A stretch of DNA of 64,000 nucleotides from Malacoraja senta (Eukaryota): NCBI GenBank assembly GCA_038087875.1, contig CM075998.1, positions 6,760,001 through 6,824,000 of the forward strand. Direction: 5' to 3'. The notes beneath the pieces are model-generated. The model was not told the origin of the DNA. It did no database searches and worked only from the letters and a program-made list of their open reading frames with translations. Within the stretch, counting starts at the first letter, position 1. Each line of letters starts with the position of its first letter. The position numbers and the translations under genes are program-made. Positions 1 to 12,400 of the stretch are shown piece after piece.

Positions 1-9
1 GGTGAGGAC

Positions 10-228
10 TGTACCTTCGATTTTCCAGCATCTGCAGTTCCTTCTTTAACATTGTCTACTCCACTGCGAAATCTCGTCAAGGTATGCCTACTTTGAAGAA
101 GTTCTCCTCCTCTCTCCGGAGACTGTTACCTATTTCCTTCGCTCCATAGATGCTGCTGCACCCGCTGAGTTTCTCCAGCATTTTTGTGTACCTTCGATTT
201 TCCAGCATCTGCAGTTCCTTCTTTAACA
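10..228 (+). repeat. Penelope-like terminal repeat (pLTR) fragments in partial tandem
   Basis: ~41 nt direct repeat gtaccttcgattttccagcatctgcagttccttctttaaca at ~11-51 and ~188-228; same sequence family as the 3' end of the Penelope element at 42190-42296. Confidence 0.7.
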
Positions 229-803
229 CTTTGCCTACTTTTAATGACTGGTGTACCATGACACCCAGGTCTCGTTGCATCTCCCCTTTTCCTAATCGGC
301 CACCATTCAGATAATAGTCTACTTTCCTGATTTTGCCACCAAAGTGGATAACCTCACATTTATCCACATTATACTGCATCTGCCATGCATTTGCCCACTC
401 ACCCAACCTATCCAAGTCACCTTGCAGCCTCCTAGCATCCTCCTCACAGCTAACACTGCCCCCCAGCTTCGTGTCAACCGCAAACTTGGAGATGTTGCAT
501 TCAATTCCCTCGTCCAAATCATTAATATATATTGTAAATAGTTGGGGTCCCAGCACTGAGCCTTGCGGTACCCCACTAGTCACTGCCTGCCATTCTGAAA
601 AGGACCCGTTTACTCCTACTCTTTGCTTCCTGTTTGCCAGCCAGTTCTCTATCCACATCAATACTGAACCCCCAATACCATGTGCTTTAAGTTTGTATAT
701 TAATCTCTTATGTGGGACCTTGTCGAAAGCCTTCTGAAAGTCCAGATATAACACATCCACTGGTTCTCCCTTATCCACTCTACTAGTTACATCCTCGAAA
801 AAT
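229..803 (-). mobile_element. CR1 LINE RT fragment
   Basis: ORF 77..778: [34 protein letters not shown]. Confidence 0.9.
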
Positions 804-804
804 T

Positions 805-2953
805 TCGAAGTTATCTCACCATTTTTCAGTCCACGGATCTCCGGGTAGACTGTTAACTGACAACGGCAGTCAATTCACCAGCCACCACTTCAGGGAGTTT
901 GCTACACGCTGGAATTTTCGACACATTACCAGCTGCCCTGAATATCCAGTCGAATGGACTGGCTGAGCGGGCTGTCAAGAGTGCCAAACAGCTCATGGAA
1001 CGTTCACACAGAGTTAATTCCGATGTGTTCCTGGATCATGCAACATCTCCTGTGACCCCATTTTGGGTTCACCTGCTCAACGTTTATTGTCGAGGCAGAT
1101 CCATGCCATGGTGCCTGTGGCGGATCAGGCATTGATCCCACAGGTGATTCCACCTGAGGAGGTTCAGTCCAGGTTACAACAGAAGCGTCACGTTCAAAAA
1201 CAATGGTATGACAAAACAAGTAGGCCACTGCCACCATTGACCATGGGGCAGGTGGTTCGTTTACAGACTGACAAAAGCCAGGACCATATTGGTGTGATTT
1301 CTGGAGCTGCTTCTGAGCCACGCTCGTATCTGGTCAGTGCCAATGGCGGCACCTACAGGCGTAACAGACAACATATCCTGCCTGTGAACGAGCCAGTTCC
1401 TCCTCCGTATTATGCAGACCGTACAAGTATACTTCCGTCTGTGTCTAGCGGCACTCGTCCACCAATACCAGCACAACAACCCATGTCTGCAATGGCTCAT
1501 CTGCCAGTGGCGACTTCGCCTGCACCACAGTCTCTTGCTTCACCTCCGGGAATGCTGGTTCAGTCTCCCTCACCTGTGAAACCACCTGCTCTGTCCCCGG
1601 GGGGAAAGAATGGAGATGGTCTTTATCATACATGTGCTGGTCATGTTTGCAAGCCGGTTGTGAAGTACCCGGGCTATGTTAGACTTTCCTGCAGTTTATT
1701 ATCAATTAGAATGCATGCCTTACTTAGGGTTTGTACTGATGTTTAATTCTTTAAGAGGGAGGATGTAGATCAGTGTCACTCATGTTACAGAAACATAGAA
1801 ACATAGAAAATAGGTGCAGGAGTAGGCCATTCGGCCCTTCGAGCCTGCACCGCCATTCAATATGATCATGGCTGATCATCCAACTCAGTATCCTGTACCT
1901 GCTTTCTCTCCATACCCCCTGATCCCTTTAGCCACAAGGGCCACATCTAACTCCCTCTTAAGTTAACCTCACATTTATCCACATTATACTGCATGCATTG
2001 CATTTGCCCACTCACCCAGCCTATCCAAGTCATCTTGCAGCCTCCCAACACCCTCCTCACAGCTAACACTGCCCCCCAGCTTCGTGTCATCCGCAAACTT
2101 GGAGATGTTGCATTCAATTCCCTCGTCCAAATCATTAATATATATTGTAAATAGTTGGGGTCCCAGCACTGAGCCTTGCGGTACCCCACTAGTCACTGCC
2201 TGCCATTCTGAAAAGGACCCGTTAACTCCTACTCTTTGCTTCCTGTCTGCCAGCCAGTTCTCTATCCACATCAATACTGAACCCCCAATACCGTGTGCTT
2301 TAAGTTTGTATACTAATATCTTATGTGGGACCTTGTCGAAAGCCTTCTGAAAGTCCAGATATAACACATCCACTGGTTCTCCCCTATCCACTCTACTAGT
2401 TACATCCTCGAAAAATTCTATAAGATTCGTCAGACATGATTTACCTTTCATAAATCCATGCTGACTTTGTCCAATGATTTCACCACTTTCCAAATGTGCT
2501 GCTATCCCATCTTTAATAACTGACTCTAGCAGTTTCCCCACTACCGATGTTAGACTAACTGGTCTGTAATTCCCTGTTTTCTCTCTCCCTCCCTTTTTAA
2601 AAAGTGGGGTTACATTAGCTACCCGCCAATCCTCAGGAACTACTCCAGAATCTAAAGAGTTTTGAAAATTTATCACTAATGCATCCACTATTTCTGGAGC
2701 TACTTCCTTAAGTACTCTGGGATGCAGCCTATCTGGCCCTAGGGATTTATCGGCCTTTAATCCATTCAATTTACCTAACACCACTTATGAGTCATACTTT
2801 GTAGCTACGCCCACTCGCTTAACTGGAGCCTCCCTGCTATGTTCCCACACTCTTAGAGAAACGTTCTAGTTACCGATGCTGTAATGTTAATAAAGTCTTT
2901 GGACCTTGATCACGGTGTAAGACTTCTGTTATTTAAACAGCAGAATCACAACA
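805..2953 (+). mobile_element. Gypsy-type LTR retrotransposon 3' remnant (integrase C-terminus, PPT, 3' LTR split by a CR1)
   Basis: Frameshifted integrase (LTDNGSQFTS, SNGLAERAVKSAK, SPAQRLLSR, PRSYLV, YRRNRQH). Polypurine tract aagagggagga 1753-1763, LTR starting TGTA at 1764, resuming ~2787, AATAAA 2889-2894, ending ...caACA at 2953. Confidence 0.8.
1789..2786 (-). mobile_element. CR1 LINE, 5'-truncated with internal deletion, inserted in the Gypsy LTR
   Basis: ORF 1984..2784 RT ([17 protein letters not shown]); (tttctatg)n 3' tail at 1789-1810; RT jumps to the 3' end near 1960. Confidence 0.9.
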
Positions 2954-3230
2954 CCCGATCTCTCCCACGTTTAGTCCTCTGCGGAAGCTTTACTCTGCAG
3001 ACGTCCACCAACTTTCCAGTGAGTGAGTGACTCGTGCATGAGACGGGAACCTGTTTAACTGCAGGTGTGGTGAATAGGCAGGAAGGTGGAGTTGAGGCTA
3101 AGATTAGATCAGTTGTGATGTTAATGAGTGGTAGCGCAGGCTCGAGACGTGCTAGATGGGTAGCTAATGCTGTTACAACCATGTAGCAGGATGAATCCTG
3201 AAATGACTGCTGCCAAAAAACGTTTCTTAC

Positions 3231-3449
3231 CTGATAATGTCCAGCAATGTGCGTCACATGATCATAAATCTTGCCCGTCAATTCTCCATCGGGTCTCATT
3301 GGAATCAGAACAATCTGGATCCCCAGGAGTGGCACAAGGATGAGTGTGGCTCGGACAACCTTTATGTAAATTTTAAATTGCACCTGGTGTGTCACCTTCA
3401 GCTTGATGATAAGTACGCGAACAATGTTCAGCAGGAAGAGCAGATTAAC
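3231..3449 (-). CDS. calcrl: calcrl-like coding exon 10, TM5-TM7 ([22 protein letters not shown]...[13 protein letters not shown]...HIAGHYQ)
   Basis: 219 nt, cccctcag / CAG|GTAAG. Confidence 0.96.
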
Positions 3450-6400
3450 CTGAGGGGCGAGAACAAGAAGCTGAATAGATGGGCAACAACATCAACTAGA
3501 TCAGGGCTCAGAATCACCACGCTGGGATCCTGGCATCTCCATGGAAAGATCTTTATCACTTCATTGGCAGAGGGTCATACTGCACGGAAACAGGCCCTTC
3601 ATCCCAACTTGCCCACAGCGACCAACATATCCCATCTACACCAGCCCCACCTGCCTGCGTTTGGCCCATATCCCTCCAAACCTGTCCTATCTATGTATCT
3701 GTATAACTGTTTCTTAAACATTCCATACACCCACCACCCTTTATGTGAAAAAGTTGCCCATCGGATTCCCATTAAATCATCCCCCCTTCACCTTAAACCT
3801 ATGACCTCTGATTCCCGGTTGCCCTATCCTGGGCAAGAGACTCTGTGCGTTTACCCGATCTATTCCTCTCATGATTTTATATGATTTTATGGTGTTTAGT
3901 AAAATATAATAATATACATACCAATAATGCAGCATAGATTGGGCCATGGACAATGTGCATAAGAAGCGTATCTGGACTTATCCAGCAACTGGAGACAATG
4001 AAAGAATAGTTTCAAACATCATAAGAGCAAAGATCGATTGTCTAACCCTTTACCTAGCATTGCCAAGACATCAAAGGATGGATAGTTATTTAGGTCATCT
4101 TGGTGAATAAAGTCCTCGACATTGCAGAACGATTGGCTATAATTGGTTAGTTATAAAATGTTGACTGCTTTATTGGCAGTCATTGGCTGGGAAGGAGAAG
4201 GGAATAGGAACTTTGCTTAGTACGAGGCCTTTGCTGCCATCTGTATTTGGTTTGGCAGGGAGGCTCAGTGGTACACTATGTCGAGACACCATCCAGGGGT
4301 TTGGCAGTAGCCTTCACCATGCATCTGCTGCTGATCAGTGATGGAGCTCCATGCTGAGTCTCACGATGGGGCTCAGTGATGGAGCTCCTCGCTGGGGCTT
4401 AGCACTGAGCCTTATATTGGATCAGCTCTTTTCACTGGTGGTTTGGCTGGATTCAGTTTTGCATTATCAACAAATATACCATGAATATAAGGTGTCAAAC
4501 TATTCCCTTGCACTGAATTACCTTGCCGAAATAAAGCCTAGTTCCTGTCTACGGCCTAAGAAGAGACAATTGACAATAGACAATAGGTGCAGGAGTAGGC
4601 CATTCGGCCCTTCGAGCCAGCACCGCCATTCACTGTGATCATGGCTGATCATCCCCAATCAGTACCCCGTTCCTGCCTTCTCCCCATATCCCCTGACTCC
4701 GCTATTTTTAAGTCATTAAAAAGAGACATTAAATATGTTCTTACTTGTCATTGAAGTATGTGTTCCTGGCAACTGAATGTATAATGGCTGGAATCAGTGG
4801 GAACCCTGACAAGAGAAGGATACAGTGTCAGTCCCCTCAAAGAGTTGTAGAATGCATTGCTGACCCTTGTGACACTATTTTCCAGTGCCTACTCTAAGGA
4901 CCAGTCCAGTTCTGAAATAGAGGGTGTGGTTAGGAGGGAATGAAGAAGAGAAACTACAGTTTTCAACCTGAAATATTAACTGTTTCCCTCTCCACATGTG
5001 CTGCTATCTCATAGCTCCAGGAACTGGGGCTCGATTCTGACTCTGTGGATTGTGCATGTTCTCAATGTAATCGCATGGGTTTCCTCCCACATCCCAAAGA
5101 TGTTTTGATTTTTTTTTTGATTTTAGTGATACAGCATGGGAACCGGCCCACCGAGTCCGTGCCGAACAGTGATGGGACCACTAGGGACAATTTACAATTT
5201 ACAGATGCCAAATAACCTTTTTGTTAATGTGGGAGGAAAGCGGGGCACCCGGAGAAAACCCACACAGATCACGGGGAGAACGTGCAAACTCCATATAGAC
5301 AGCACCCGTAGTCAAGATCAAATCCAGGTCTCTGGCGCTGTGAGGCAGCAACTCCACCACTGCACCATGGTAACGCCCCTTAATTACCTGTAGTGTATAG
5401 GTGCGTGGTGGGAGAATCAGGTAGAGTCCATGGGCATGTGAGAGAGAAGAGCTTACAGGGAGATAAGTGGGGTGGAAGAGGGGGGTGCAGCGCTCCAAGA
5501 GCCAACATGGCCACCTCCTACGCCATGAGTAAAATGAATATGAAACACACCAGACTTTCTTGAGTAAATTACACAGGCAGCTAGAATGGATGCGAAAGGC
5601 CAAGAAGATCAGCTACAGCAGTGTGCAGAGAGGAAAACCTAATCAAGTCTTCTACATATGGAGATGGGTTTTTTTTAAAGCATTTTACGTTAGTGTTCAG
5701 CCCAGCTCAGACTGGGTGCAACCCACAGTGGATATCAAGAATTTCGTCATAACCAGCGAGTTATTTTGAATCTATACACATATATGAAAACCATATATGA
5801 GAAAGCTCTCAAAACACAAATATGACCATGGCTATCTTAATTTTACTAATTGAGGATAATAATTAGTCAGGACACCAGGAATAACTACTCTCCTTTCTAA
5901 ATTAATGGGAAAGACTAGTTCGTCACCTCCCCTTCACATTCAATTACCATCACCATCAATATCCTGGGGGTCACCACTAACCAGAAACTCACTGGATCAC
6001 CCACATAAATGCTACAGCTACAAGACCAGACGGCACGGTGGCACAGCGGTAGAGTTGCTGCCTCACAGCGCCACAGACCCGGGTTCCATTATGACTACGG
6101 GTGCTGTCTGTACGGAGTTTGTACGTTCTCCCCGTGACCTGCGTGGGTTTTCTCCGGGTGCTCCGGTTTCCTCCCACACTCCAAGGTTTGTAGGTTAATT
6201 AGCTTCTGTAAATTGTAAATTGTCCGTAGTATGTAGGATAGTGCTGGTGTACGGGTTGCTCGCTGGTTGGCGTGGACTTGGTGGCCGAAGGGCCTGTTTC
6301 CACTCTGTATCCCTAAAGTTTAAAGAGCAGGTCAGAGGTTGGGTCTCCTGTGGCAAGTGACTCCTTACACACCAGACCCTATACACCATCTACAAGGCAC

Positions 6401-9400
6401 ATGTGGGGAGTGTGATATCAACACCACCCGGGGTTTTGTATGGCTGTATGGTAATTCACATATCACATGAGACAATAAAAGACCTTTGAAACCTAGGACA
6501 AAGCAGCATCTTTATTGCTGCTTTATCCATCCACCACACAGTGGCTGCAGTGAGCACCATTCTCCAAAATGCACTGCACCCAGCTTGCTCTGACTCCCCA
6601 ACTCACAGACAAGGGCAGCAGGTGCAGGGACCTGCAGGTTCTCCTCCAAGTCGCACACCAACCTGACTTGGAGACATATCACTGTTTATTCATCGTCACT
6701 GGTTCTAACTCCTGGAACTCCCTCCCCACCAATGCCGTGGGAGTACCTTCACCAGAAGGACTGCAGTGGTTCAAGATGGCTGCTCACCCCCACCTTCTCA
6801 AGGGCACTTAGAGATGGGCATTAAATGCAGGACTTGCCAGCAATGGCCCAGATCCTGAATAGGCATACACCCAATAGAGCAGAAAGGGATTTGATTTAAC
6901 TTCACCCATGACAGTTCCTCCAACAATGCTACATTCCCTCAGTACAATACATCAGCTTACATTTGTAATGCACTCACTAGTCTGTAAAGCATCACTCACT
7001 GTGCCACAGTTGACACTGCCATCCCAGAATGGTGTGAAACAAGAACTTGTATATTAATCTTAATGCATGAATCACTTATCCGAAGGAGCTACAGGTAGCA
7101 GCCACTGCACCGTGCTACTGACAGTACCTACCCCATCCAAGTACGTAGTACCAGAATAACTTCTGCTCCTCCACAAACACAGCCACAATGATGAGCGTGT
7201 GCAGGTAGACCCCTTCACACAGCATCCAGAAGTAATTGCATCCCATCAAGTACAACTGAATGAAGAGTAGTATCTTACAGCCAACCTGCAGACAAGAGAC
7301 AGACACAGACATCACGGGGAGAACGTACAAACTCCGTACAGACATGAAGAAAGACTGGATAGACTCGGCTTGTACTCGCTAGAATTTAGAAGATTGAGGG
7401 GGGATCTTATAGAAACTTACAAAATTCTTAAGGGGTTGGACAGGCTAGATGCAGGAAGATTATTCCCGATGTTGGGGAAGTCCAGAACAAGCGGTCACAG
7501 TTTAAGGATAAGGGGGAAATCTTTTAGGACCGAGATGAGAAAAACATTTTTCACACAAAGAGTGGTGAATCTGTGGAATTCTCTGCCACAGAAGGTAGTT
7601 GAGGCCAGTTCATTGGCTATATTTAAGAGGGAGTTAAATATAGTCCCTTGTGGCTAAAGGGATCAGGGGGTATGGAGTGAAGGCGGGTACAGGATACTGA
7701 GTTGGATGATCAGCCATGATCATATTGAATGGCGGTGCAGGCTCGAAGGGCCGAATGGCCTACTCCTGCACCTATTTTCTATGTTTCTATGTTGCGAATC
7801 GTAGCACCGAACATCAACAGAGTTGGGCAGCAAGCATTGCCGGAGTCTGGAGGGCCTGGGAATGCGTAGAGAGAGGAGCTTGTACACCCACTGGAATAAA
7901 ACCTCCTGCAATTTACTTCAGAATTGGGGAGCTGCGTTGATGTGTTATTTGCTGGGGAACCAGGGATCAGTTCTCCTTAAATACGTTTAAAAGGAGCTCA
8001 CAGATGCAATCCTAACAGAAAGGCCACATTGTTTATGAAGCAGAGTACAAGCTAGTGGCTAGATATGACTGCAATTACCTCAGGAGTGTATACAAGGGAC
8101 TCCAATCCATTATCCAAACCATGATATACTGGTGCTAAACCTATTTCTTATACTCTAGTAAGAGATTCAAAAAAGTGCTCAACCCACTATTATACCTCGG
8201 CCATTTGTTCTGCTTTTGTTTACTTTCTTTTCTGTGTTTAAATAACTTTATTTACAACATTTCAGATGTAAAAGGGATCTTCACTGTCCCGGTTGCACGC
8301 CATGCCCTGTGTGCCCACCAGTCCCAGACCTCCAGAGAGCTAGTGGACATTGTGACTGGGACGTAACATGGGAAGAGGGGCAGGCAGTCGGTTCGGGCAG
8401 AAGCCTGCCCCCTGCAAGACTGGCTCAGCCAGGCACAGGAGCAGATGCTTCAAACACACAGACGGGTACTGCAACCTCTCGCACTCCACATGTAGATGGA
8501 ACAAGGCCGCAGAAAGGGCAGGTGGCTGGGGGGTTCATGAATCCATTTAAAAACCCGCTGCACGGAGCTGCTCTGTGCAACACTCTACCACAGGTTCCTA
8601 ACTTAAAAGGAAAGGACACCTGTGTAGAAATACCTACACTGGGGACCCCTCTCACTGCCATGTGGCAGCCATTGTGTGTCTGGACGGCAGATGAGGGCGA
8701 GGAAGTGGGTACATCAGCAGCCCCTACAGGAAGCACCTCCACGCCTCATGGAGCAACACAAAGGCATTTCCAAGGGACCCCTCATGCTGTTGACACTCGT
8801 GCATTCTCTGCAGGTCAACGGGATCTGTGCCTGTGAGGGATATGGAGTTGACATAGGCCAAGAGGATCATGTCCACTCCTGGCCCAGACTCGTCAACCTC
8901 TGAAAAAGAGGACACAGGAAGGGCACCGCGCAGATGGAATACAGCTGCCTGGATGTAGGGCATCCCTGATGCCAGTGTAGAGGGTGGCACGGTGGCACAG
9001 CAGTAGAGTTGCTGCCTTACAGCACCAGAGATTTGGGTTCAATCCTGACTACGGGTGATGTCTGTACAGAATTTGTACGTTCTCCCCATGACCGCGTGGG
9101 TTTTCTCCGAGATCTTCGGTTTCCTCCCACACTTCAAAGGCGTACAGGTATGTAGGTTAATTGGCTTGGTGAAATTGTAAATTGTCCCTAGTGTGTCGGA
9201 TAGTTTTAGTGTGCGGTGATCGCTGGTCGGCGTGGGCTCGGTGGACTAAAGGGTTTCCACTGTTTCCTTCATTCAACTCCAACTGTTTTCATCAAGTGTC
9301 CAAGGTTGGCTGCTAAAAAACCACGGGTGCATGAATTCCTGCAAGTTTTTCCATCTTGGCTCCTGCTCCACTAGAGACTAAATTTGCCACTGGTTGAGAC

Positions 9401-12400
9401 TGTCCTTACAAGGTCCCCTGGGAATCCACAGCACAGGCCTCAGCCCAGCCTCAGGTTGTTACTATATCTTCCACCCCCACTAAACTAGCAACTTGTTCAT
9501 TATGGTTCATTATGTGTTTCTTTCAAAATATATTAATATTAGATATGCAAGTAAATGATTCACAATTAATAGTCAAAATTCCTCTATGTGTATACACATC
9601 ACAAAATAGTCTGCAGGAATTAGGTTAGAATCTCAGGACAGGAGTATGATACAACATGGCAGGAATCTGTTAACCTAATGTACCTGCACCCGTCCTGGGA
9701 CAAAGAGCTGATTAGTCCCACTCGTACGTCCTTCCCGCGTCATTTGTAAATATTTGCTCTTCAACTATTTTGTTAGTTCCCCCCTTCCGCCATGTCCACA
9801 TCCTTTCCTATCACTCTAATCTCCTCCAACCTGACCTTTAACATATCCACAATGTTAATGGCTCCACTGTAGACTTCTAATTTAGTTTAGTTTAGAGATA
9901 AGCGAGGAAACAGGCCCTTCGGCCCACCGAGTCCGCGCCGACCAGCGATCCCCGCACACGAACACTATCCTACACACACTAGGGACAATTTACAATTTTA
10001 CAAAGCCAATTAACCTCCAAACCTGCACGCCTTTGGAGTGTGGGAGGAAATCAGAGCACCCGGAGAAAACCCACGCAGGTCACGGGGAGAATGTACAAAC
10101 TCCGTACAGACAGCACCCGTAGTCAGGATCAAACCCGGGTCTCTAGCGCTGTGAGGCAGCAACGCTACCGCTGCGCCGCCGTGCTCACCCTGCATCCAAC
10201 TTCTGAGGCATTGGATTAACCAACTTAAACCTCTCCACCTCTCTCCTTCAAGATGATTTCTCTTTGACCAAGCTTTTGATCATCTGATTAATATCTCTTT
10301 CTGTACTTCGGTTTCTGATGTTTCTCCAGTGAAGTGCCTTGAGAAATGTTATTTTGTAAATGCAAGTTATTGTTGCTGTGGAGTTTGAGGAACAAGATGG
10401 TATTAGGCACCCTATGTTTCTCCACTTCTGCTTCAGCTTACCCCTGTATTGCTTCCAATTGTAATCCAACCCAAAGTTAGCTCAGTATCTTTTTGAGTAA
10501 TTTCTTTATCTGCGGCAATATTTTAAGTGTCTTAAATTCAAAATTCTTACTGTTGTATCATTTCATATTACTCACTGCTTTCTTCCCACCTCTTGCCTCA
10601 CAATCCCCTCACCCTGCCCCATAGAAACTATCACCCAAACTGTGTCCACATGGTACAAAGGCCTTGTTTGGAGAGGTGGTGAGGTGGGGTTGGAACAGAA
10701 TTCATGGTTTCTCACAAGGGTGTGCTGAAAAGGTTGCCTTTGCATTTCAGCGCAAGCCTTTAGCGCAGCTTGTGGATGTGCGAGGAAGGGCTGTGGTTCC
10801 GACCATGATGCAGGGGCAGGAGAGTTTCCAAGAGTTGAGAGGGAGCCCCGTAATCAAATGGCTGCTCATGTTCCCATCACACAGCGCTGTGCATCAGGAA
10901 ACCACGGCACGAAGAGCTAGTGCCAACTGTTTTAGTTTTTTTAGTGATATAGTAATACAGTGCGGAAACAGCCCTTCAGCCCGCCGAGTCTGCGCCAACC
11001 AGCGATCCCCGTAGCTCCCACTGACACGGACATTTCTCTGAAAGCAGTTAAAACTTACAGGGTTCCTTTCCACCAGTTCGTTGTTGTTTGCCACGGCAGA
11101 CAGCCAAATGATGGTGACTATAGAGTTGAGGATGAACGATACAAAGAGGCTTTTGTGCAGTGAGATTCTCTGGCAGCTGAGGCTCCTGGGGCAAGAAGTG
11201 AAATAGAGTGTTTTAGGGTTACCCTGAAACAGCTTTCCATCCCTGTCCCCACAGTAAGGACTGGTTGTGAAAAGGATATGGTGTTAACATTCAGAGCTTT
11301 AATGCAAAGAAACTGCAGATGCTAGAAATTGGAAATAAAAGCAATAAATGCTGGAAACATTCAGCAGATCAGGCAGCATCTGTGGAGCAAGAAACAGAGC
11401 CAACGCTTCTCATGACCTGTCATCAGAACTTTTATGGCAGCACAGCTGGTAGAGTTGCCGCCTCACAGCGCCAGAGACCCGGGTTCAATCTTAACCACGG
11501 GTGCTGTCTGTACGGAGTTTGCACGTTCTCTCTGCGACCACATGGGTTTCCTCTGGGTGCTCCAGTTTCCTCCCACGTCCCAAAGATGTGCGGGTTTGTA
11601 GGTTAGTTTGACCCTGTAAATTGTGCCCAGCATGTGGGCAGGTGGTGGTATCCAGGAAGACTTGGTCGGCATGTGGGGAGAATAAAATGAGATGAATGCA
11701 AGTGGGTGCTTGATGTTTAGCACAGGCTCAGTGGGCTGAAGGGCCTGTTTTCATGCAGTGTGACTATGAGAACAATGATGAAAGCTTATCGACCCAAAAC
11801 ATTAACTCTGTTTCACTTTCCAAAGATGCTGCCTGACTTGCCGAGTCTAAAAGCTTCCTTGCTGGAAGTGCCATTTTCCAGTAACACCATTGGCAATGAC
11901 AGGATCGGCCTTCGGTGTGATGCCTGAGCCGGTAACAACATTCCACCAGCAGAACAACCTTCTGACCCAAGCGCAGGCAGGCAGGCCGGGTGGTTAGCTC
12001 AGCATTACAGGCTCAGTGGGCTTTTGGAAGCAGGAGAACTCTTGATGGCAGTTCCTCACCCACGATCAGCTCTTTAGCTCCTTAGCAGACAGCCAACACT
12101 ACAACGATGTACAGGTTTGTAGGTTAATTGGCTTGGTACAAATGTAAATTGTCCCTAGTGTGTGTAAGATAGCGTTAGTGTGCGTGGATCGCCGGTCGGT
12201 GCGGACTCGGTGGGCCGAAGGGCCTGTTTCTGCGCTGTATCTCGAAAGCTAAAAAACTATTTTTAAAAATTGCAAAAACCGGACTGCTGACAAGCAGCAA
12301 GTTGCTGCTGGAGAAGAAGTGCTACCAGTTTGTTTACAGTTTTGAAGTGAGGCTGACATCCAGTTTAGGGATGGCCTGAGAAGGCACCATTAGAAATCTC

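Noticed and set aside
229..2420. Near-identical blocks ~350-803 and ~1965-2415 as a segmental duplication or misassembly
   Set aside because: Both are copies of a young CR1 family with scattered differences and different junctions; a related copy is at 62851-64000.
2946..3395. 149-aa single-exon GPCR ORF
   Set aside because: Only the part down to 3231 is exon; the rest is intron after the CAG|GTAAG donor.
6031..6100. tRNA gene
   Set aside because: The A/B boxes belong to the SINE head and run straight into the V-domain; no complete cloverleaf seen.
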